A stretch of 59,551 nt of DNA from a virus (Duplodnaviria > Caudoviricetes), in the IMG/VR virus record IMGVR_UViG_3300025789_000004, positions 1-59,551 of that record. One strand, given 5' to 3'. The position numbers and the translations under genes are program-made. Below the pieces are notes generated by a model. The model saw nothing but the letters and a program-made list of their open reading frames with translations, was not told the DNA's origin and made no database searches. Positions 1-11,342 of the stretch are shown in pieces; position 1 is the stretch's first letter; every line of letters starts with the position of its first letter.

Positions 1-127
1 CCCACACTGCATGCAGAACCTTCTCAGGATCTGGCATCAAGAACCCGTTTTCCCCAGCCGCTAAGGTTGACAGGCGCATCACCTCATCAAGATCGTCAGG
101 CGTGCCAATGCGGATTTCCAAACCATC
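1..127. repeat. Terminal direct repeat, copy 1 (identical to 59425-59551); circular-assembly overlap
   Basis: Exact 127-nt identity of the two ends; an ORF reads through the junction. Confidence 0.95.
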
Positions 128-163
128 GGTGTCAATCATATAAAATCCTTTTATTGTAACAAC

Positions 164-937
164 TTAGTCTTTTTTGGGTCCCGGTAGCTTACTAAGTGTT
201 TTTACTGTCTCTTTTCGCATGCGCTTGACAAACTCATCCAGTACACGATGCCCGGTTTCCAGATCGCCACCGCCTACGCCACGGACTTCTGCGGGAGAGA
301 TAACATATTCTCCGCCAGCCGCAACAATGGGCACGGTGGCAGCGCCGCCGGACGCCTTTCCGGGCATCTCGCTTTCATATGGTCCGCTAGGCTCGCCATA
401 TGGCTCAGCCTTGGGATTCTGTTCATATGGAGCGCCTGAGGTCGATCCATAGGGATCAGATTGCCCGCTGTATGCCGTTCCGCCAAAGATCCGACGCATG
501 TGCTTGAACCCAGCAATGGTGTTGCCTTCGCCCATTGCACTGATGATGTCTGCGGGAATGACGTACGAACCCGATGGGACATGCATGGGAAGATGGTCAG
601 TTCGGCCCGCCACTGCGCTGTGGATAGGGCCAGAGAACACTTTGTCATCAGTTGCGGCACCACCATCGGCAAATGCCCGACGTGGGCCATTCATGATTTG
701 ATTGATGACGGGCTGGACTGTGGCCGTCGCCGCCTTGACCTTGGAAAGGTTCTGGGGCGAGTTCTCGGAAAGCAGCTTGGCGACCACCATGGGGTTGATC
801 TGACCGCCCATTGCGTGACCCTTACGGGCCGCGTTCAGGGCTGCAGCGATGGCTTGATCCTTTGGGTGACCCGCGTCGATCATTTCGGCAATGTTAGACG
901 AAATAACGCCCCGGCTACTTCCTTTTCGTAGAGGCAT
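164..937 (-). CDS. Virion-module protein with A-x-GG motifs
   Basis: Likely start MPLRKG at 937; HAMGG, FADGG, KASGG motifs; two related segments ([18 protein letters not shown] and [17 protein letters not shown]). Confidence 0.6.
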   Translation of the reverse strand: MPLRKGSSRGVISSNIAEMIDAGHPKDQAIAAALNAARKGHAMGGQINPMVVAKLLSENSPQNLSKVKAATATVQPVINQIMNGPRRAFADGGAATDDKVFSGPIHSAVAGRTDHLPMHVPSGSYVIPADIISAMGEGNTIAGFKHMRRIFGGTAYSGQSDPYGSTSGAPYEQNPKAEPYGEPSGPYESEMPGKASGGAATVPIVAAGGEYVISPAEVRGVGGGDLETGHRVLDEFVKRMRKETVKTLSKLPGPKKD

Positions 938-1397
938 GACGCCATCCCTTCTGGTTCTCACTTAGATGCTCAATAGCATGACAGTTCGGGCAAAGCACTT
1001 TCAAATTTTCAAGTTCATTGTTTTGCCGGTCCCTGTCGATGTGGTGGACTACCAGTATTTCTGAGATAGAATCGTAACCGCAATCCTCGCACTTTTTTAT
1101 CATATTTCTTCGCTTCATCCACCTTCTAACAGATGGATAATCTTTAGAAACCGGCCTTGCCGTCCTATTGGCAACTCCACGGCATTTATAGCTGCAGGCG
1201 TTTATAGAATAGTTTGCCTCAGAAGGAGATCTATTGTATTCTTTATCGCATATGTCGCATTTTAGTTTTACACTTCCCCTACCTCTTAGGGAGATGGTGT
1301 AGCACTTCTTCGAGCAATATCTTGCTTTCTTTGCGTGGCACGGACGCGGCGTATATGGCTGGCTGCAGATGCAGCACGTTTTCTCTGCGCTTTCCAC
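915..1397 (-). CDS. Free-standing HNH homing endonuclease with Zn-finger repeats
   Basis: CxxC/YCSKKC repeats then [30 protein letters not shown]-rich relative to flanks. Confidence 0.88.
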   Translation of the reverse strand: MESAEKTCCICSQPYTPRPCHAKKARYCSKKCYTISLRGRGSVKLKCDICDKEYNRSPSEANYSINACSYKCRGVANRTARPVSKDYPSVRRWMKRRNMIKKCEDCGYDSISEILVVHHIDRDRQNNELENLKVLCPNCHAIEHLSENQKGWRHASTKRK

Positions 1398-1404
1398 AAG
1401 TAGT

Positions 1405-1746
1405 TTACGAGTAGCTAACCGTTATGACCTGCCCTGTGCCGGGGACAGCATAGATTCCATAGGATGCCGGAAGATTCACCGTATACAGCCCAACAGCCGT
1501 GGGGATCACGTAGATCGGCCTTGTCGCAGTTACTGTCGATGAATCGTAGATGGTGCCAGTGCTAGTTCCCAGAGTGGTGACAGACACTGAAGCTACTCGG
1601 CCCGCCGATGCTTTCACAACGGTTCCGGCTGAGATAGACGAAACATTGCTGGTGCCCTGTACGTTGGCGTAGGTCTGGGCAGCATTGCTGATGGCCGTAA
1701 CGCCATTCTTGAGTGTGGTCAGAACGTCTGAAAGAGATGCGCTCAT
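1405..1746 (-). CDS. Small virion structural protein
   Basis: T/S/V-rich beta-type ORF, coupled to the upstream stop. Confidence 0.5.
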   Translation of the reverse strand: MSASLSDVLTTLKNGVTAISNAAQTYANVQGTSNVSSISAGTVVKASAGRVASVSVTTLGTSTGTIYDSSTVTATRPIYVIPTAVGLYTVNLPASYGIYAVPGTGQVITVSYS

Positions 1747-3869
1747 CAAAACTTCCCATCTGGTGAATATCGGTACCGAATATTGCCCAGCCGCCAGAAG
1801 GATCCGATATCGCTACTGGTCAGCGTAACTGACACCAATCGGCCACGGAATCGGGGGCTGATATACTGCGTGTTCTGGGTCAGGGAGTATGGACCATACG
1901 CTACTGGCGTATCTCCGGGGTAATTGGCGACATTGAAAGTGAGATTGATAGTGGCTGTTTGCTGCGTGCTGCCATAGTCGCCCCACTTCATGTCTGGCCA
2001 GACCTGATCCACGTAGGTCAGGAGATCGCCTTCTGCAATAGACGAATAGCCAGTCGTGAACGTAGCAACTAGCGGTTGCCCATTGGCATCGTTCGAGGTT
2101 TCGTGCTGGTAGATCAGATAGGAACTGCCTGTGGGCGTGGCATCTGCCCCAATAGGAGCACCAAGCACGGACTGGTCGATCCACGCCGACCGGCCCATCG
2201 TCCCATAATCCCACACGTTTAGAGACGTGTTATACTTGACGTATGCGTTAACCTCTCCGCCATCGGACATTGTGGGATAAAACCACATGATCTCGCTGAA
2301 TCGTGAGTTTACGGCAACGCGGATCTTCTGTAGGTTGCTCTGATCAAGATCTTGGAAGATCACGTCCCACACAGGGCAAGCGATCGAAGATATGCCATTG
2401 CCCGACAATGCGTAAAACTGCGTAGGTCCCATCCAATATACGACGCCGTTCAAGGAACTTGCGGCCTTGCGGGCAATCAATCCGCAGCCGTAGCCAAGTT
2501 CATTGAATGAGTATACATATGGCGTGCCGATATATTGCATCGACCACAGGCCGACATCGGTCCAGATCAAGCCCTGCTGCGGACCTTGGATACAGCCAAC
2601 GATCTTGGAGCCACGAGGGATACGATACGATCCCGCCTGATTGGTGATCTGGCCGATCCATGTGTTGTAGTTGTTGACATCGCACCAACGGATCAGCAGC
2701 GGATCTTGAATGCCGGTGAATGTCGATCCCCATGCAATGATTTGACGCTGCGGCATTGCCACAAAGATGCCATCATTTACGGGCGGCGCATTCGGGATGA
2801 CTGTGGCCGTGGGACTGCCCGACAAAGGATCCCATGCGTAAATAGGCTGGTATGAAGGCGTTGATGCATTGATCGGGCACGCCAGCAGCACTTCACCCCA
2901 ATTGTCCAGAGTCCAATCAGTTGCCGAAATGGGCGTCCCCGTAGCTGGCGTTACAGCAGTCCCGGTCCCGTAGCCGCCGCCGCCATACGTACCAATGCCA
3001 TAACCCGTGCCAGAAGGGATCGAACCAACGCCAAAGTTATAGATATAATACGCATTTCCGCCATTCATGTAGCCGCTTGTCGCAGACGTCGGCGTAGTGG
3101 GAGCGGTGATGGTAAAGTTGTTTGCGTCAATTACAGATTGGACCAGATACTGTCCATAGAAGGTGACGCCACCAACGGTGGTGGATACCAGAACGGGGAA
3201 CGTACTTTCGACACTGTACCCATGATTGTTCAAGGTCACAGTTACCGTTGAGGCGCTAGTCCCCGTGGTTGTGGCAAACTTTGCAACAGAACCGCCATTC
3301 GCTACAGTCGATGTGGCAGGAAGCGGATTGCCAAGAATGTCAGTGACATAGAGCGTATACGTGCCGGATCCAAGGCTGCCATCGGGATCGCAGGCATATT
3401 GGCCAAACAGAACTATGCCGCCAACTGAGATCTGCGTAGCAATGTATACAGAGTCGTAGTCGGTTATGCCTACGACCGTGCCATCTGTGACCGTAACCTT
3501 GTTGCTACCGGACGTTGTGGATACTGATACAGCAACGCTATCGGACGTATTGCGCGGGGTAATGGCGGACTGGCCATTTACCGGAGGATATACGTTCAGC
3601 TGTGCTTGCGTCGTGCTGGGAGCGTTCTGCGTAGCATAGGCAAGGTGCGTCTGCGCGTTTGTATCTTCCCATGCCAGCAAGGCGCGTACGATAGCGGTAG
3701 TGGAAAGGCCCGAATATTGGACCCATCCGCCCAGCTTCTGCACCAACGCCCCCTGCGCCAAATCGTAGATAAACCGCACCAGATTGCCGCTGGCAAAGCC
3801 AGTCTCGTTCAACGCTGGCGTGGCGTTCTCGTTAAAGCCCGGAGTAAGTTTGATGCTTGAATGGGGCAC
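1746..3869 (-). CDS. Tail/head-closure structural protein (P22 gp10/nozzle-like)
   Basis: 707 aa, beta-propeller-like C-half (WTLDNWGE, DPLLIRWCD, FRGRLVSV); follows the adaptor gene. Confidence 0.6.
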   Translation of the reverse strand: MPHSSIKLTPGFNENATPALNETGFASGNLVRFIYDLAQGALVQKLGGWVQYSGLSTTAIVRALLAWEDTNAQTHLAYATQNAPSTTQAQLNVYPPVNGQSAITPRNTSDSVAVSVSTTSGSNKVTVTDGTVVGITDYDSVYIATQISVGGIVLFGQYACDPDGSLGSGTYTLYVTDILGNPLPATSTVANGGSVAKFATTTGTSASTVTVTLNNHGYSVESTFPVLVSTTVGGVTFYGQYLVQSVIDANNFTITAPTTPTSATSGYMNGGNAYYIYNFGVGSIPSGTGYGIGTYGGGGYGTGTAVTPATGTPISATDWTLDNWGEVLLACPINASTPSYQPIYAWDPLSGSPTATVIPNAPPVNDGIFVAMPQRQIIAWGSTFTGIQDPLLIRWCDVNNYNTWIGQITNQAGSYRIPRGSKIVGCIQGPQQGLIWTDVGLWSMQYIGTPYVYSFNELGYGCGLIARKAASSLNGVVYWMGPTQFYALSGNGISSIACPVWDVIFQDLDQSNLQKIRVAVNSRFSEIMWFYPTMSDGGEVNAYVKYNTSLNVWDYGTMGRSAWIDQSVLGAPIGADATPTGSSYLIYQHETSNDANGQPLVATFTTGYSSIAEGDLLTYVDQVWPDMKWGDYGSTQQTATINLTFNVANYPGDTPVAYGPYSLTQNTQYISPRFRGRLVSVTLTSSDIGSFWRLGNIRYRYSPDGKF

Positions 3870-3872
3870 TTA

Positions 3873-4649
3873 TTATCCCCTTGGCAGCGAGGCTGTAGGC
3901 GTCGGGGCATATGGCGACCAATCCGCTCCGGCAAAGCGCTTGCGAGATTCTTCCGTCAAAGCGCCCTTCAGCAGGTTTTCGTACTGAAGTTCGTACGTCG
4001 GCCCCATCGAGGGGTCGTTGCTTGCACTGCCAAAGTTGCGCTGGAACTGCGCGACGTAGATCATCGAAGCCTGAATGAGAAGATCCGGGTAGTACGTACT
4101 GATGAAAGTCGTCGCAGTAGACGCAAGAGACGACGTTGCATTGTCGTAAAGAGTAGGAAGGCGTACTGTGCCAGATACAGTAACAGTGTAACTCCCATCA
4201 GGATAAGGACCAAGAAGAATATTGTTATAAGTGTTGCCAAAAGTAGCAGCATCCCCGCCATACATCGCAAAATACTGAGGCATTGCCGAGCCAGACGATG
4301 ATCCATAGACATTTTGCAAGAACTCTTTGGTCGTAGGTAGCAGGGTAGTCGTAACGCCATTGCTGGTAATCGTCAGGGTCTGGACCGTCACAAAATCATT
4401 CACGCCAAGCTGCAGGATGTTGTTGCCAGATATGGTCGTGTAGGTGTTCGTAGTAACCGAAGGCAAAATATCCAAATCGCGCTGAATACGTAGTTCTGCG
4501 TAATTGAGCATCTGCGGGATCAGGGTGTTGAATGACGAGTCCACCCCAACCACTACGCCGTTAGAAGTCGTCGTCTGGACGACAGCCATGTTGGCGATTT
4601 GCTGTACGTACAAGTTATACGTGAGTGGCGTAGTTGCTGGCGTAGACAT
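3873..4649 (-). CDS. Head-tail adaptor-like protein
   Basis: AELRIQRDL, LGPYPD, YPDLLIQAS motifs typical of phage adaptors. Confidence 0.55.
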   Translation of the reverse strand: MSTPATTPLTYNLYVQQIANMAVVQTTTSNGVVVGVDSSFNTLIPQMLNYAELRIQRDLDILPSVTTNTYTTISGNNILQLGVNDFVTVQTLTITSNGVTTTLLPTTKEFLQNVYGSSSGSAMPQYFAMYGGDAATFGNTYNNILLGPYPDGSYTVTVSGTVRLPTLYDNATSSLASTATTFISTYYPDLLIQASMIYVAQFQRNFGSASNDPSMGPTYELQYENLLKGALTEESRKRFAGADWSPYAPTPTASLPRG

Positions 4650-4671
4650 TGGGATGCGGCTCGCCTTCTAG

Positions 4672-5742
4672 CTATGCGCTCTGGGTCATGTCACTCTTAA
4701 TGAATTTCACGTTTTCTTGCAAACGCAAATCGTCAGGGCACAATTCCGCAGCCATCTCTGCATGGTGCAGGGCTTCTTCTTTGATTCCCATATTCCATGC
4801 GGACACGCTTGCATAGTCGTGGGGCATTGCTCCCCATACTTCCGGATCAACAGTATAGACCCATTCCCGGTTCTGGATGCGCAAGGCAGACTTGCACGCT
4901 CCATAGCACTCCGGCCATAGTCCCAGCCGGTATGTGATCTTTGCAATCTCCATCCACGGCTCACGGGTGTTCGGAGCCTCAATAACGCCTAGCCGAGCCA
5001 TCTTGAGAGCGTTGTCGTAGTCCCCTAGTTCAGAATAGCATCGGGACATGACGCGGTAGGCATAGCACCGTTCATTCGCCCAATTGGCACCGGGTAGCGC
5101 GAGATAGCGATTGCACTCGTCAATCGAGCGCTGCCAATGGCCGTGGAATGACAATTCTCTGGCATAGTAGAACGCATTCCGAGGATCATGCGGATCCTCC
5201 TTGACCGACATCTCTAGAAGGGGGAGGTACTGTCCACGGCTTTTGGTCGGATCAGGCTTGTGGATAACCATGAGCATGTCGGTTTCGGCATACTGCTCAT
5301 TGATCAGATATGGCACGGGGTATTCATGGCAAGGATGAACCCAGCGGTATCCATGCCGTGCGTGGATCTTCTCGTACTTGAAGATGATCCCAGCGCCCCA
5401 ATCGAAACCGTACCTTAGGCGAGTGGTTCCCGCAGTCCAGACACGCTCGATTTCTTCTCGCCATCCGGGTTGAAGAACTTCATCAAGGTCAAGGCTAACG
5501 CAAACATCAATTTCGCGAGGTAGTAGAGATAGAGCAGTGTTTCGAGCGTCATCAAAACGCCAAGGAGTAACAACAATATCATGGACGATTGCTCCATATT
5601 GCTCTGCCAGATCACGGGTTCGATCAGTGCTTCCAGTGTCTGCAATCACAATCATGTCGGCGTCTCTAGCGGCGCTGCAGAACCGCTCGGCAAACATTTC
5701 TTCATTTTTGCTAATGGCGTAGACGCAGATCTTCAATGTCAT
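4672..5742 (-). CDS. Family 2 glycosyltransferase with C-terminal TPR-like helices
   Basis: KICVYAISKNEE, DTGSTDRT, RFDDARN, LDLDE (DxD), HE motif; helical repeat C-terminus. Confidence 0.9.
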   Translation of the reverse strand: MTLKICVYAISKNEEMFAERFCSAARDADMIVIADTGSTDRTRDLAEQYGAIVHDIVVTPWRFDDARNTALSLLPREIDVCVSLDLDEVLQPGWREEIERVWTAGTTRLRYGFDWGAGIIFKYEKIHARHGYRWVHPCHEYPVPYLINEQYAETDMLMVIHKPDPTKSRGQYLPLLEMSVKEDPHDPRNAFYYARELSFHGHWQRSIDECNRYLALPGANWANERCYAYRVMSRCYSELGDYDNALKMARLGVIEAPNTREPWMEIAKITYRLGLWPECYGACKSALRIQNREWVYTVDPEVWGAMPHDYASVSAWNMGIKEEALHHAEMAAELCPDDLRLQENVKFIKSDMTQSA

Positions 5743-5775
5743 TGAAAAACCAATATATTATGATGCTATAGCCAT

Positions 5776-6117
5776 TTATGTAGCAGGAGTAGTGCTCCAC
5801 GGCAAGGCTGGCGTCACAGCGGCAGGTGCAGCAAGCAGAGAAAGCTGGTTGTCAATAGCGCCCTGCCATTGAGCGATACCGTCTTCGCCAAGAGCATCAT
5901 GGACCCACCCAATGACCTGCTCCTCCGTCAGTTGGGCAAAGGGTACAAACGTGTCATTCGGATCAAGCGTGATTTGCGTGTTGGAATACGAACCAGCGCC
6001 GTTGGTGCCGTCAGTCCCCTCGATATGCCAATACACGGCAAACACTACATCCGTGTTCGATCCCTGTGTAGGGTAGCAATCCAAGCGGTCGATTGACCAT
6101 GTGTATGTGTTTGCCAT
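5776..6117 (-). CDS. Tail-fibre-associated small protein (possible chaperone)
   Basis: FVPFAQLTEEQVIGWV..LPW pattern common downstream of fibre genes. Confidence 0.5.
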   Translation of the reverse strand: MANTYTWSIDRLDCYPTQGSNTDVVFAVYWHIEGTDGTNGAGSYSNTQITLDPNDTFVPFAQLTEEQVIGWVHDALGEDGIAQWQGAIDNQLSLLAAPAAVTPALPWSTTPAT

Positions 6118-6126
6118 GATTTTTCC

Positions 6127-6741
6127 TCAGAACATTAGGAAGAAGTTGGATTGGTTGGCTTTAAACGCAAACGAAAGAGCGCCGTTTACATCACTAGAAC
6201 TCAGCGTTGCAGTTCTGGCCGTAGATGTCCCTACAGATGCCTGACTTTCATCGACAACGAGCAGCGCAAAATTGCCGCCAAGGCCAGAGACGCCGGGTAC
6301 GTTCACGCGGCTTGTGGTGCTTCCGGGTGCTGTAAAAGTCGGACTACCGACAATGTTGGCACCGTAAACAGAAACAACCAAGTCGTTTGCTGCAGTGGTA
6401 GTCAGTGTATTAGTGGTAACGCTCGTGCCCGCAGTGGTGTTGTTCACTGGAGTTGAGGACGAATCGAACCCGCTTAGGCCCCTATAGCACAGCATGACTG
6501 TTTCATTGGTGGCAGAGCCACCAGTCATCGCTACAGAAGACTCACTTGCACTAGCTACTTTATAGTACGCGGTAGCCCAAGCATTGTTGGTCCCAATCAG
6601 GGTCCAACCAGTCGGGGTTGTCAGGGTCCCGCTGACTGATACGATAATCAGGATATCCCCAGATGCATAGCCCGATGGCACTGGCACCGTGGGGTTTAGG
6701 CCCATAATGGCCGACCCTGCTGCGATAAAAGACCAAGCCAT
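6127..6741 (-). CDS. Fibre-associated beta-rich protein
   Basis: GDILII, TPTGWT, C-terminal FFLMF; adjacent to the fibre gene. Confidence 0.5.
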   Translation of the reverse strand: MAWSFIAAGSAIMGLNPTVPVPSGYASGDILIIVSVSGTLTTPTGWTLIGTNNAWATAYYKVASASESSVAMTGGSATNETVMLCYRGLSGFDSSSTPVNNTTAGTSVTTNTLTTTAANDLVVSVYGANIVGSPTFTAPGSTTSRVNVPGVSGLGGNFALLVVDESQASVGTSTARTATLSSSDVNGALSFAFKANQSNFFLMF

Positions 6742-6742
6742 C

Positions 6743-9700
6743 TTACTGCTGCGCCACCGCTACAACGTCCCAGAAGCTATCCTGCGAGTTGTATATACAT
6801 CCGACATACAAGACCTTGCTGATTACCGTGGTGGTGGGCAGCGCTACACCGACAGCGCGGTATGCACCTGATGTGGTAGTCCATGTAAGAGCCTGCGCTG
6901 TGCCGTTATCCTTGAAGCGGATTGTCAGACGCTGGCCATCAACCGGGGTGCCGGAAGGTGCGGCAATAGTAGCCGAGGCAGCAAGCGCCGTGACGTTATA
7001 TTGGTTGGTCGTCCCGGCAGTGGGCGTGATTGTGCTACCGCTGGTCGTCGCGATGGTCAGGGGCTGATACGAACCGTTGTGTACCAAAGCGCCGGGTGCG
7101 GCTGTTGAGCCGATGTTGATTGTAGTGGTGCTGCCCGATGCGCCGCCCGTACCGAGGTTGATTGTTTTTGTGTTGCCCGACGAAGTTGCGCCAGCCTGAA
7201 TATTTGTGGTCTGAGATACAAGAGACTGGCCAAATGTCAGGGTACCAGTGTGGTTAGTACCACCAATACTGATGGGGCCAGATGTGGTGGCGAGGCCGAT
7301 AGAAATGGTACCGACGGTTGAGCCGATCTGCAGGGTGGTACTGGTAAGTGATATTGAGAAGGAGCCTGCTGATGCGAGAAATGTCCCAGTAACATTTAGC
7401 GAGTCTGCTCCAACTGCGTATTTTTGCCCAGCAGTTACGTTTGTTCCCGCCAAGGGGGCCGTAAAGTACGTGCCGTAGAGGGTGTTGACCGTTACGCCGG
7501 TACTTGCCGCAGCGTAAGTCTGTGCCCCAAACGAGTTCATGTAGGCGGTATTGACTGTGCCAGATGTTCCAGTGCTAGTGTCTGTGAATGTGGCGGCGCT
7601 CTGGATCATATTGATCCCACTGGTATTCCATGCCGTGTAGCTGTTGGACGTCCCTGCCGCAATATTGATTGGACCGCCAACGGTCAGCTTGCGGGTCGCG
7701 GACGCAAACGTCAAGCTGCTACTTTCCGACATAACCGAGCCGGTATCAAACATGATCTGGCCCGCTGCGCCACCGCTGGTTGCGGTCGTGCCTACGGTGA
7801 GGGTGCCACCACCACCACCAGTCCCAAAGGGGCCAACAGTTGATCCATTGACCTGAGCATATACCCCCGCCGTCGTAGCCCAAATATCCCCGTTAACAGG
7901 GCTGGTGGGGGCAGTGCCGGGGGTTAGGTTGATGCTGGCAGCGGTTGTCGATGATGCCTGAAACGTGGTCTTTCCGGTCGTGGCAATGACAACCGCATCA
8001 GTTGTCCCGCTATTGACGACGAAGTGGATGGGGTTCGACGTGGCCGTGCCAAGCACCAGATCGCCACTGTTCGAGTACAGGTATACGGCGTTGGCAAGAT
8101 TCAGCGACCCGCTGCCGGTGAACCCGGAACTATTCATTCCGAAGTCGCCGTAGTAGGTCGTAGATGTCCCAAGGTTGTTCGACACAATGTGGTCAACGGA
8201 TGCTGCTGCGCCGTTGTTCGTGTTTTGCAAAATTGTCTGGACGTAGCTGTTGGTGGATAGCGTGTATGACGCAAAAATTCCCGTATCGCTATATCCTAGC
8301 GTGCCATAGCTATATGCACCGGCTGACAGCGCGGACAAGATCGAGCCGCTGGCGATGTAGAATGGGGATGACAGAGATGTCCCGCTGAAGGTAAAGTTTG
8401 AGGTGCTTGCGAGGGCGCTGGAGCCATTCCCATACGGGATGTAGCCAGATGCGAGAGACGTCAGGCCGGTCCCGCCATTTCCCACGGGTAGAGTGCCCGT
8501 GACGCCGGTCGAAAGGGGCAGGCCGGTCGCGTTGGTAAGGACAATGGCCGTCGGGGTGCCGAGGGCTGGAGTGACCAGCGTGGGGCTGTTGGACAGGACC
8601 ACGGAGCCCGTCCCGGTCGATGTCGTGACGCCAGTCCCTCCATTGGCTACAGCGAGAGTTCCGCCCAGCGTGAGGGTGCCCGAGGTGGTGATGGGGCCGC
8701 CAGTCAACGTCAGGCCCGTGGTCCCGCCAGAGCCACTGACACTAGTTACTGTGCCGGAGCCGGATACAGGAATCCACGACATGACACCGCCAGTGGTGGA
8801 CGACAGTACGTAGCCATTGCTGCTCGGAGCCGATGCAGGGAGCGTATAAGTCGTGGCCGCAGCACTCGCGCTGCCCTGCAGTGTCGTGGTCGTAGAGTTC
8901 GACGTGATGCCGATGGATGGGCTGGAAATGCTAGTTGGGGCTGTGACAACCCCATTCAGCGTAGTCGTGCTGGTGCCAGCCGCACTGCCAATGGCGATGG
9001 CTGTGGTGCTGCCCGATGTACCATTATTGCCGATGTTGACGGTTTTTGTATTTCCTGACGTTACAGCACCAGTGCTGATGTTTGTGGTGCTGTTGCCTGT
9101 GGAAATCCCGAGAGAGATGGCACCAGTGGTGCCAGATCCACCAATTGTGATCGTCTTGGTCGCCGCCCCGGAGAGCGCAAAGTTGCCTCCGAAGTTTACC
9201 GTCATAGCTCCCGAAACGGTACTGCCCAGATTGATGGTTCCGGTGGTCGCTGTGCCAAGAAGAAGGGCACCAGACGATGTCGAGCCTATCGTCATGTTGC
9301 CGATGCCGCACGAAATCGTGGTGTTGAATGACCCAGAGTTGGAGCTGAACACCCCGCCGTTCTGGATGAAAGTACCGTTGATTATCGCACTATCTGCACC
9401 GATTGCAGCCGGGTTGTTGACCGACACGAACGACCCAACGGCAGGTGCTTGGAAATAGGTTCCGTACAGGTAGCCGATCGAAACGGTACCTACACCGGTA
9501 GCATTTGCGGATGCGTATGTTTGCGTACCGAGCAGGTTCATGTACGCGGTTGTGATGTTCCCAGAAGCGGCAGTGGTTGTGTCTGTGAAAGTAGCCGGGG
9601 ACTGGATCAGGCTGATGCCGTTGGTGGACCAAGCTGGGGCAGAGGTAGCCGCGCCGCCAATGGTGACATTCCCCACTGCGGTGAGCTGCTTTGAGGTGTT

Positions 9701-11059
9701 GTTCCACGTCAGGGCGCTGCTTTCTTGCAGCACGGACCCCGAGTCGTACATGATCTGGCCCGCTGCGCCACCGCTCGTGGCTGTGGTGCCAACAATAAGT
9801 GTGCTTGGACCTGTTGCGCCAGTAGGCCCGGTCGGTCCGTTAGTTCCTGTAGGGCCGGTGGGGCCTGTCGGCCCATTAGTTCCTGCGGTTCCCGTAGGCC
9901 CGGTAGGCCCTGTGCTGCCTGCGGTTCCCGTAGGCCCGGTCGGCCCATTAGTTCCTGCGGTTCCCGTAGGCCCGGTAGGCCCTGTGCTGCCTGCAGTTCC
10001 CGTGGGGCCAGTAGGGCCGGTAGGTCCAGCAACGGTGGAGTTTGCACCCGTGGGACCAGTAGGTCCAGTAGGCCCCGTCGATCCGGTCGGACCAATGGGG
10101 CCAGAAAGATTGACGTTCCAGCTAGAAATCGTCCCAGTGCCAATAGTCGAAAAGACATTGACGTTCATAACGCCGCTGACGGCATTATAGCCCGTGACGA
10201 TGCCGAACATTTCGTATGAGGAACTGTATGCAATCGAGACAACCTGCCCGATTGTATAGGACAATCCGGTGCCTACGGTTAGCGTTTGCGACCCAGTTGC
10301 AATGGTCAGGCTGGTAGAACTAGTCGTAGCAAAAAGACTTCCCTGCGGACCCGTAGCGCCGGTTGGACCCGTAGGACCAACATTGCCAGTAGGTCCGGTG
10401 GGTCCCGCAATGCCAGTTGGGCCGGTAGGTCCATTGAAGCCGGTCGGTCCAGTGGGGCCATTTGCGCCAATAGGGCCAGTGGGTCCGGTAGGTCCAATAC
10501 CCGTAGGTCCAGTGGGTCCGGGCACACTCGATGCCGCGCCAGTGGGGCCAGTGGGTCCGATTGGGCCTACGGCACCATCAAGATTGATGGACCAAGATGC
10601 ATACGTACCAGATCCGCTGACCTCAAGGACGTTCACAACCATAACGCCAGTGGCGGAATTGTACGACACGATTGGGCCGGTCATCCAATTCGTTGCGCTG
10701 TTGGCGATGATTACCGACTGAGCAACCGTGTACGAAAGGCCGGTGCCGACCGTCAGGGTCTGTGTTCCGGTCGCAATTGTAAGCGTGCTGATACTGGTGG
10801 TCGGATACAGCGATCCCGAAGACCCCGTGGGTCCCGTCGGTCCAGTAGGGCCATTTGCGCCAGTTGGGCCGGTCATGCCAATAGGGCCAGTAGGGCCGGT
10901 GGGGCCAACGCTTCCAGTAGGTCCGGTCGGGCCAAGACCAAGAGCAGCAATCTGCGAAGTAGTAGCACGGGAAGACGTCCCGGCCTGCACGACTTCAATC
11001 AGTTCCGCCCCAGAGAGAGACGTTACAGCGGGAAGATTCGGAATCGTAGTATTAGACAT
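6743..11059 (-). CDS. Long tail fibre/spike with collagen-like (GPT)n repeats
   Basis: 1438 aa; three Gly-X-Thr blocks; [10 protein letters not shown] and [10 protein letters not shown] fibre motifs; duplicated internal module. Confidence 0.85.
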   Translation of the reverse strand: MSNTTIPNLPAVTSLSGAELIEVVQAGTSSRATTSQIAALGLGPTGPTGSVGPTGPTGPIGMTGPTGANGPTGPTGPTGSSGSLYPTTSISTLTIATGTQTLTVGTGLSYTVAQSVIIANSATNWMTGPIVSYNSATGVMVVNVLEVSGSGTYASWSINLDGAVGPIGPTGPTGAASSVPGPTGPTGIGPTGPTGPIGANGPTGPTGFNGPTGPTGIAGPTGPTGNVGPTGPTGATGPQGSLFATTSSTSLTIATGSQTLTVGTGLSYTIGQVVSIAYSSSYEMFGIVTGYNAVSGVMNVNVFSTIGTGTISSWNVNLSGPIGPTGSTGPTGPTGPTGANSTVAGPTGPTGPTGTAGSTGPTGPTGTAGTNGPTGPTGTAGSTGPTGPTGTAGTNGPTGPTGPTGTNGPTGPTGATGPSTLIVGTTATSGGAAGQIMYDSGSVLQESSALTWNNTSKQLTAVGNVTIGGAATSAPAWSTNGISLIQSPATFTDTTTAASGNITTAYMNLLGTQTYASANATGVGTVSIGYLYGTYFQAPAVGSFVSVNNPAAIGADSAIINGTFIQNGGVFSSNSGSFNTTISCGIGNMTIGSTSSGALLLGTATTGTINLGSTVSGAMTVNFGGNFALSGAATKTITIGGSGTTGAISLGISTGNSTTNISTGAVTSGNTKTVNIGNNGTSGSTTAIAIGSAAGTSTTTLNGVVTAPTSISSPSIGITSNSTTTTLQGSASAAATTYTLPASAPSSNGYVLSSTTGGVMSWIPVSGSGTVTSVSGSGGTTGLTLTGGPITTSGTLTLGGTLAVANGGTGVTTSTGTGSVVLSNSPTLVTPALGTPTAIVLTNATGLPLSTGVTGTLPVGNGGTGLTSLASGYIPYGNGSSALASTSNFTFSGTSLSSPFYIASGSILSALSAGAYSYGTLGYSDTGIFASYTLSTNSYVQTILQNTNNGAAASVDHIVSNNLGTSTTYYGDFGMNSSGFTGSGSLNLANAVYLYSNSGDLVLGTATSNPIHFVVNSGTTDAVVIATTGKTTFQASSTTAASINLTPGTAPTSPVNGDIWATTAGVYAQVNGSTVGPFGTGGGGGTLTVGTTATSGGAAGQIMFDTGSVMSESSSLTFASATRKLTVGGPINIAAGTSNSYTAWNTSGINMIQSAATFTDTSTGTSGTVNTAYMNSFGAQTYAAASTGVTVNTLYGTYFTAPLAGTNVTAGQKYAVGADSLNVTGTFLASAGSFSISLTSTTLQIGSTVGTISIGLATTSGPISIGGTNHTGTLTFGQSLVSQTTNIQAGATSSGNTKTINLGTGGASGSTTTINIGSTAAPGALVHNGSYQPLTIATTSGSTITPTAGTTNQYNVTALAASATIAAPSGTPVDGQRLTIRFKDNGTAQALTWTTTSGAYRAVGVALPTTTVISKVLYVGCIYNSQDSFWDVVAVAQQ
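9870..10003. repeat. Near-exact 72-bp tandem duplication in the collagen-coding region
   Basis: ggcccattagttcctgcggttcccgtaggcccggtaggccctgtgctgcctgc occurs twice, 72 bp apart. Confidence 0.8.
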
Positions 11060-11071
11060 TTATTCCCGCCC

Positions 11072-11341
11072 CTATGTAGAGCTGACAGTTTGCCATCCAG
11101 TGGGGGTGTATACACACATCTTGCCAAGAGTTGTATCGTAAACAACAGCCCCTACGCTAGTGATAATAGCGTTTTTCTGAGCGGTTGTGTATTGCGGAAG
11201 TAGGATAGGCACTGGAGACGGAACGGAGTTGATCTGGTTTACCGTCACGCGCACCGATGTGCCAGACTGGACTGCCTCAAGGTATTCTACACCCGTGAGG
11301 GACGTCACAACGGGAAGATTCGGAATAGTCGTATTGGCCAT
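11072..11341 (-). CDS. Short fibre-related protein sharing the N-terminal anchor of the long fibre
   Basis: [17 protein letters not shown] vs [26 protein letters not shown] motif. Confidence 0.6.
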   Translation of the reverse strand: MANTTIPNLPVVTSLTGVEYLEAVQSGTSVRVTVNQINSVPSPVPILLPQYTTAQKNAIITSVGAVVYDTTLGKMCVYTPTGWQTVSST

Positions 11342-11342
11342 A

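Noticed and set aside
1-127. 127-bp end repeat as a biological terminal repeat
   Set aside because: Its length equals a common assembler k-mer and it falls mid-gene, so it indicates circular assembly only
5259-5267. Third DnaA box TGTGGATAA
   Set aside because: Inside the glycosyltransferase coding sequence; a single chance 9-mer is plausible
9540-11203. Long plus-strand ORFs with GPV repeats
   Set aside because: Antisense shadows of the GPT collagen codons
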